From Callorhinchus milii (lineage: Eukaryota), in the NCBI RefSeq assembly GCF_018977255.1, contig NW_024704743.1, positions 18,230,001-18,294,000 on the forward strand: DNA of 64,000 bases, given 5' to 3'. The notes under the pieces are model-generated. The model had not been told where the DNA came from. It was given only the letters and a program-made list of their open reading frames with translations, and did not search any database. Within the stretch, counting starts at the first letter, position 1. Each line of letters begins with the position of its first letter. The translations under genes were made by a program, and so were the position numbers. Of this stretch, positions 63,601-64,000 are shown in pieces.

Positions 63601-64000
63601 ATTGTCATCAGCAGTTCTCTGGAGTCCTATGGATATGTTGTATTCTTTCTCACCAGGTGTGTTGAAATTGGCTAATTCAAGATAGAACCTGGGTTCTTTG
63701 TGGTGAAAATGGATAAGCTACCCACTGAGTAAACTCACTGAACTATTAGAGGAGGTGAATTTACTTTTAACCTGTCTAACAAATAAATATACACAGTTTA
63801 CAACATCCAGTACTCACAATGAGAAAAGGTGGCCTTGAATCCAGCATCATTTTGTGAACTGTCAGATACAAACTTTACCCACAAGATATGTCCCGTGACT
63901 GATGTGTAATTTTTGGGTAAGGAAGACCCACAAAACTTTCCATATATCTGGCCGGTTGCATTGCCTTCTCGTATTTCAACGTAATCTGAGGCACATGAAG
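12440..64000 (-). CDS. CUBN: Cubilin, partial multi-exon gene: 23 exons encoding the second half of CUB12 through CUB23
   Basis: 23 exons with GT-AG sites splice into one stop-free frame of 4,086 nt. The tandem CUB domains have no intervening EGF or sushi modules and align colinearly with remembered human cubilin (e.g. [57 protein letters not shown]). The gene runs off the right edge. Confidence 0.96.
12800..12995 (+). mobile_element. Young SINE, 5'-truncated
   Basis: tggtcatttcaatccacgac...gagacgtctagaagacgtgaaaagcgctatatcaaatgcaaggattattatt. Confidence 0.85.
13485..13815 (-). mobile_element. Young tRNA-derived SINE, long variant
   Basis: tRNA-like head with B box, gggcaagtttcc...gcctctgtttacc segment, Deu-like body and tail. 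Confidence 0.85.
14122..14251 (-). CDS. CUBN: CUBN exon, CUB23 first half
   Basis: [44 protein letters not shown]; acceptor ttctttcaag, donor gtaagt; 130 nt. Confidence 0.94.
14300..14830 (-). mobile_element. L2 LINE 3' fragment, degenerate
   Basis: Remnants of IQ...ITPIL...[10 protein letters not shown] (off-frame RINFKTLVL) and [14 protein letters not shown]. Confidence 0.7.
14876..15181 (-). mobile_element. Young tRNA-derived SINE, full length, short variant
   Basis: Begins ggagtcctctagctcagtggttaaagcg (A box) and ends ...tatatcaaatgcaaggtttattatt. Confidence 0.88.
18760..18975 (-). mobile_element. Young SINE, 5'-truncated
   Basis: Body and tail match the other copies of the family. Confidence 0.8.
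19060..19380 (+). mobile_element. L2 LINE 3' fragment, degenerate
   Basis: ctccgctcagctaactcggg...ccaccatcagtggccgag... and tail tataaatgcaagttgtt. Confidence 0.7.
19405..19700 (+). mobile_element. CR1 LINE 3' end
   Basis: [28 protein letters not shown] region and terminal ttcttatgttcttat repeat; near-identical to 49727-50010 on the opposite strand. Confidence 0.88.
20411..20608 (-). CDS. CUBN: CUBN exon, CUB22 second half
   Basis: [66 protein letters not shown]; acceptor ctttcag, donor gtgagt; 198 nt. Confidence 0.92.
21057..21710 (+). mobile_element. Very young L2 LINE, 5'-truncated
   Basis: Stop-free ORF2 C-terminus from 21063 ([14 protein letters not shown]...[15 protein letters not shown]...IGGRAFS...LWNSIP...[14 protein letters not shown]) to TGA near 21570; CpGs intact; stem-loop tail and (ttg)n. 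Confidence 0.93.
21888..22325 (+). repeat. Unassigned interspersed repeat, probably L2-related (one of six copies)
   Basis: Starts tctgacacatgcagaa...tcaccatgcttaa...tatccaaac. Homologues at about 8380-8700(-), 42513-42995(+), 49330-50531(-), 57600-57806(-) and 63187-63630(+). Confidence 0.75.
25260..25409 (-). CDS. CUBN: CUBN exon, CUB22 first half
   Basis: [50 protein letters not shown]; acceptor tgtttag, donor gtacac; 150 nt. Confidence 0.93.
25919..26075 (-). CDS. CUBN: CUBN exon, CUB21 second half
   Basis: [52 protein letters not shown]; acceptor tccacag, donor gtaagt; 157 nt. Confidence 0.94.
26769..26956 (-). CDS. CUBN: CUBN exon, CUB21 first half
   Basis: [63 protein letters not shown]; acceptor ttcttag, donor gtaagt; 188 nt. 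Confidence 0.95.
30350..30575 (-). CDS. CUBN: CUBN exon, CUB20 second half
   Basis: [75 protein letters not shown]; acceptor taatag, donor gtatga; 226 nt. Confidence 0.93.
30627..30996 (-). mobile_element. Young tRNA-derived SINE, full length, long variant
   Basis: Head ggagtcctgtagctcagtggtttgagcac...ctgggttcagttc; full body and (tta)n tail; lies about 50 nt upstream of a CUBN acceptor. Confidence 0.9.
32043..32164 (-). CDS. CUBN: CUBN exon, CUB20 first half
   Basis: [41 protein letters not shown]; acceptor ctttcag, donor gtgagt; 122 nt. Confidence 0.94.
32911..33060 (-). CDS. CUBN: CUBN exon, CUB19 second half
   Basis: [50 protein letters not shown]; acceptor gtctcag, donor gtttgt; 150 nt. 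Confidence 0.92.
33575..33836 (-). repeat. Old SINE-like repeat of a third family, split by later insertions
   Basis: Similar to about 32290-32525(-), 58625-58885(+) and 53750-53920(+); continues at 35645-35704 and about 36019-36042. Confidence 0.55.
33837..35644 (+). mobile_element. L1/Tx1-clade LINE, 5'-truncated, with 3' UTR, short poly(A) and TSD
   Basis: RT motifs [11 protein letters not shown]...[20 protein letters not shown] and [13 protein letters not shown]-terminal [15 protein letters not shown]...ALCPWFC; several frameshifts and stops; A7 at 35638-35644; flanked by gcactgactgat and gcaccgactaat. Confidence 0.88.
35705..36018 (+). mobile_element. Young tRNA-derived SINE, long variant
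   Basis: ggagtcctgtaacttagtagagcactcgc...gggttcgatttccgg head; body and tail. Confidence 0.88.
36699..36905 (-). CDS. CUBN: CUBN exon, CUB19 first half
   Basis: [69 protein letters not shown]; acceptor taatcag, donor gtcagt; 207 nt. Confidence 0.94.
37425..38487 (+). mobile_element. L2 LINE, RT domain to 3' end, degenerate
   Basis: [21 protein letters not shown] (YADD catalytic motif), [16 protein letters not shown] and the L2 tail. Confidence 0.92.
39814..39873. repeat. 30-bp tandem duplication
   Basis: aagttataaccacttgaactatcactaaag followed by aagttataaacatttgaacaatcactaaag. Confidence 0.8.
40375..40470. repeat. About 28-bp minisatellite, about 3.5 degenerate units
   Basis: Units related to gccctgcccttaacc(t/c)aaac(a/t)aat(g/t)ga. 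Confidence 0.75.
40925..41096 (-). CDS. CUBN: CUBN exon, CUB18 second half
   Basis: [57 protein letters not shown]; acceptor caacag, donor gtgagt; 172 nt. Confidence 0.94.
41349..41663. mobile_element. Palindromic MITE-like non-autonomous DNA transposon
   Basis: Imperfect terminal inverted repeats starting CAGG; perfect 19-bp internal inverted repeat (41438-41456 / 41569-41587); central hairpin at 41506-41533; TA after the right end. Confidence 0.7.
42152..42333 (-). CDS. CUBN: CUBN exon, CUB18 first half
   Basis: [61 protein letters not shown]; acceptor cttacag, donor gtaagt; 182 nt. Confidence 0.94.
43381..43521 (-). CDS. CUBN: CUBN exon, CUB17 second half
   Basis: [47 protein letters not shown]; acceptor cacacag, donor gtaatg; 141 nt. 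Confidence 0.93.
44925..45134 (-). CDS. CUBN: CUBN exon, CUB17 first half
   Basis: [70 protein letters not shown]; acceptor ctcatag, donor gtgagt; 210 nt. Confidence 0.94.
45842..46020 (-). CDS. CUBN: CUBN exon, CUB16 second half
   Basis: [59 protein letters not shown]; acceptor tattag, donor gtaaca; 179 nt. Confidence 0.94.
46815..46989 (-). CDS. CUBN: CUBN exon, CUB16 first half
   Basis: [58 protein letters not shown]; acceptor cctatag, donor gtaaga; 175 nt. Confidence 0.94.
48400..49330 (-). mobile_element. L2 LINE RT/3' region, degenerate
   Basis: FHSYLSK...[30 protein letters not shown] and tail. Confidence 0.8.
49727..50400 (-). mobile_element. CR1 LINE 3' fragment, fairly young
   Basis: [63 protein letters not shown]...RGHSLKI; terminal ttcttatgtt. 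Confidence 0.93.
50614..50958 (+). mobile_element. Young tRNA-derived SINE, full length, long variant
   Basis: ggagtcctatagctcagtggttagagg...gggttcaattcc head; body; tail gagacgtctcgaagacgtgataaggtgct. Confidence 0.9.
51081..51264 (-). CDS. CUBN: CUBN exon, CUB15 second half
   Basis: [61 protein letters not shown]; acceptor tttctag, donor gtgagt; 184 nt. Confidence 0.94.
51994..52062 (+). repeat. Solo tRNA-like SINE head
   Basis: ggagtcctgtagctcagtggttagagcactcgctttgtaagtgagagacctgagttcaattccaggcag with no SINE body following. Confidence 0.75.
52620..53740 (+). mobile_element. Two CR1 LINE fragments (about 52620-53000 and 53220-53740)
   Basis: [37 protein letters not shown] and [15 protein letters not shown] motifs. 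Confidence 0.8.
53929..54237 (+). mobile_element. Young tRNA-derived SINE, full length, short variant
   Basis: ggagtcctgtggctcagcggttagagcac...ctcgattcccggc head; tail (tta)n. Confidence 0.9.
54537..55400 (-). mobile_element. L2 LINE 3' fragment interrupted by a young SINE (54851-55167, minus)
   Basis: L2 frame [31 protein letters not shown] / YLSDLLTP...TIGGRAFSH is split exactly by the SINE. Confidence 0.9.
56082..56272 (-). CDS. CUBN: CUBN exon, CUB15 first half
   Basis: [64 protein letters not shown]; acceptor ttgcag, donor gtaaga; 191 nt. Confidence 0.95.
56633..56779 (-). CDS. CUBN: CUBN exon, CUB14 second half
   Basis: [49 protein letters not shown]; acceptor ccccag, donor gtaagt; 147 nt. 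Confidence 0.93.
58224..58424 (-). CDS. CUBN: CUBN exon, CUB14 first half
   Basis: [67 protein letters not shown]; acceptor cttccag, donor gtaaga; 201 nt. Confidence 0.94.
59769..59970 (-). CDS. CUBN: CUBN exon, CUB13 second half plus linker
   Basis: [67 protein letters not shown]; acceptor ttcctcctag, donor gtctgt; 202 nt; not in the ORF track. Confidence 0.92.
61270..62172 (+). mobile_element. L2 LINE 3' region
   Basis: [63 protein letters not shown] and [10 protein letters not shown]; stem-loop tail and (ttg)n. Confidence 0.92.
62350..62531 (-). CDS. CUBN: CUBN exon, CUB13 first half
   Basis: [61 protein letters not shown]; acceptor cag, donor gtaagt; 182 nt. Confidence 0.93.
63818..64000 (-). 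CDS. CUBN: CUBN exon, CUB12 second half (truncated by window edge)
   Basis: [60 protein letters not shown]; donor gtgagt, phase 1. Confidence 0.93.

Noticed and set aside
12440..64000. Other CUB-rich genes (CSMD, BMP1/tolloid, neuropilin, DMBT1) as the identity
   Set aside because: Eleven and a half consecutive CUB domains with no sushi, EGF or SRCR modules, plus colinear diagnostic peptides, fit cubilin only.

Overview
Eukaryotic, AT-rich, repeat-dense vertebrate genomic DNA. The retroposon complement suggests a cartilaginous fish, probably a chimaera (inference). The window holds part of the cubilin gene (CUBN) on the minus strand. I traced 23 coding exons by hand, from the right window edge (64000) down to 12440. 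Every visible splice site is GT-AG, and the exons join into one uninterrupted frame of 4,086 nt (about 1,361 codons). This frame encodes the second half of CUB12 through CUB23, with numbering from remembered human cubilin. I found no exon for CUB24-27 in the remaining 12.4 kb, but there is a candidate in-frame alternative terminal exon at 9213-9355. The introns are packed with L2 and CR1 LINE fragments, several tRNA-derived SINE families, one 5'-truncated L1/Tx1-clade LINE with a target-site duplication, a palindromic MITE-like element and an unassigned repeat present six times. Most short ORFs in the supplied track are spurious or repeat-derived. I see no prokaryotic features and no evidence for a wholly new gene system. 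The best leads are the possible short CUBN isoform and the retroposon biology (shared LINE/SINE 3' stem-loop, nested insertions, a very young L2). Repeat boundaries are approximate unless stated.
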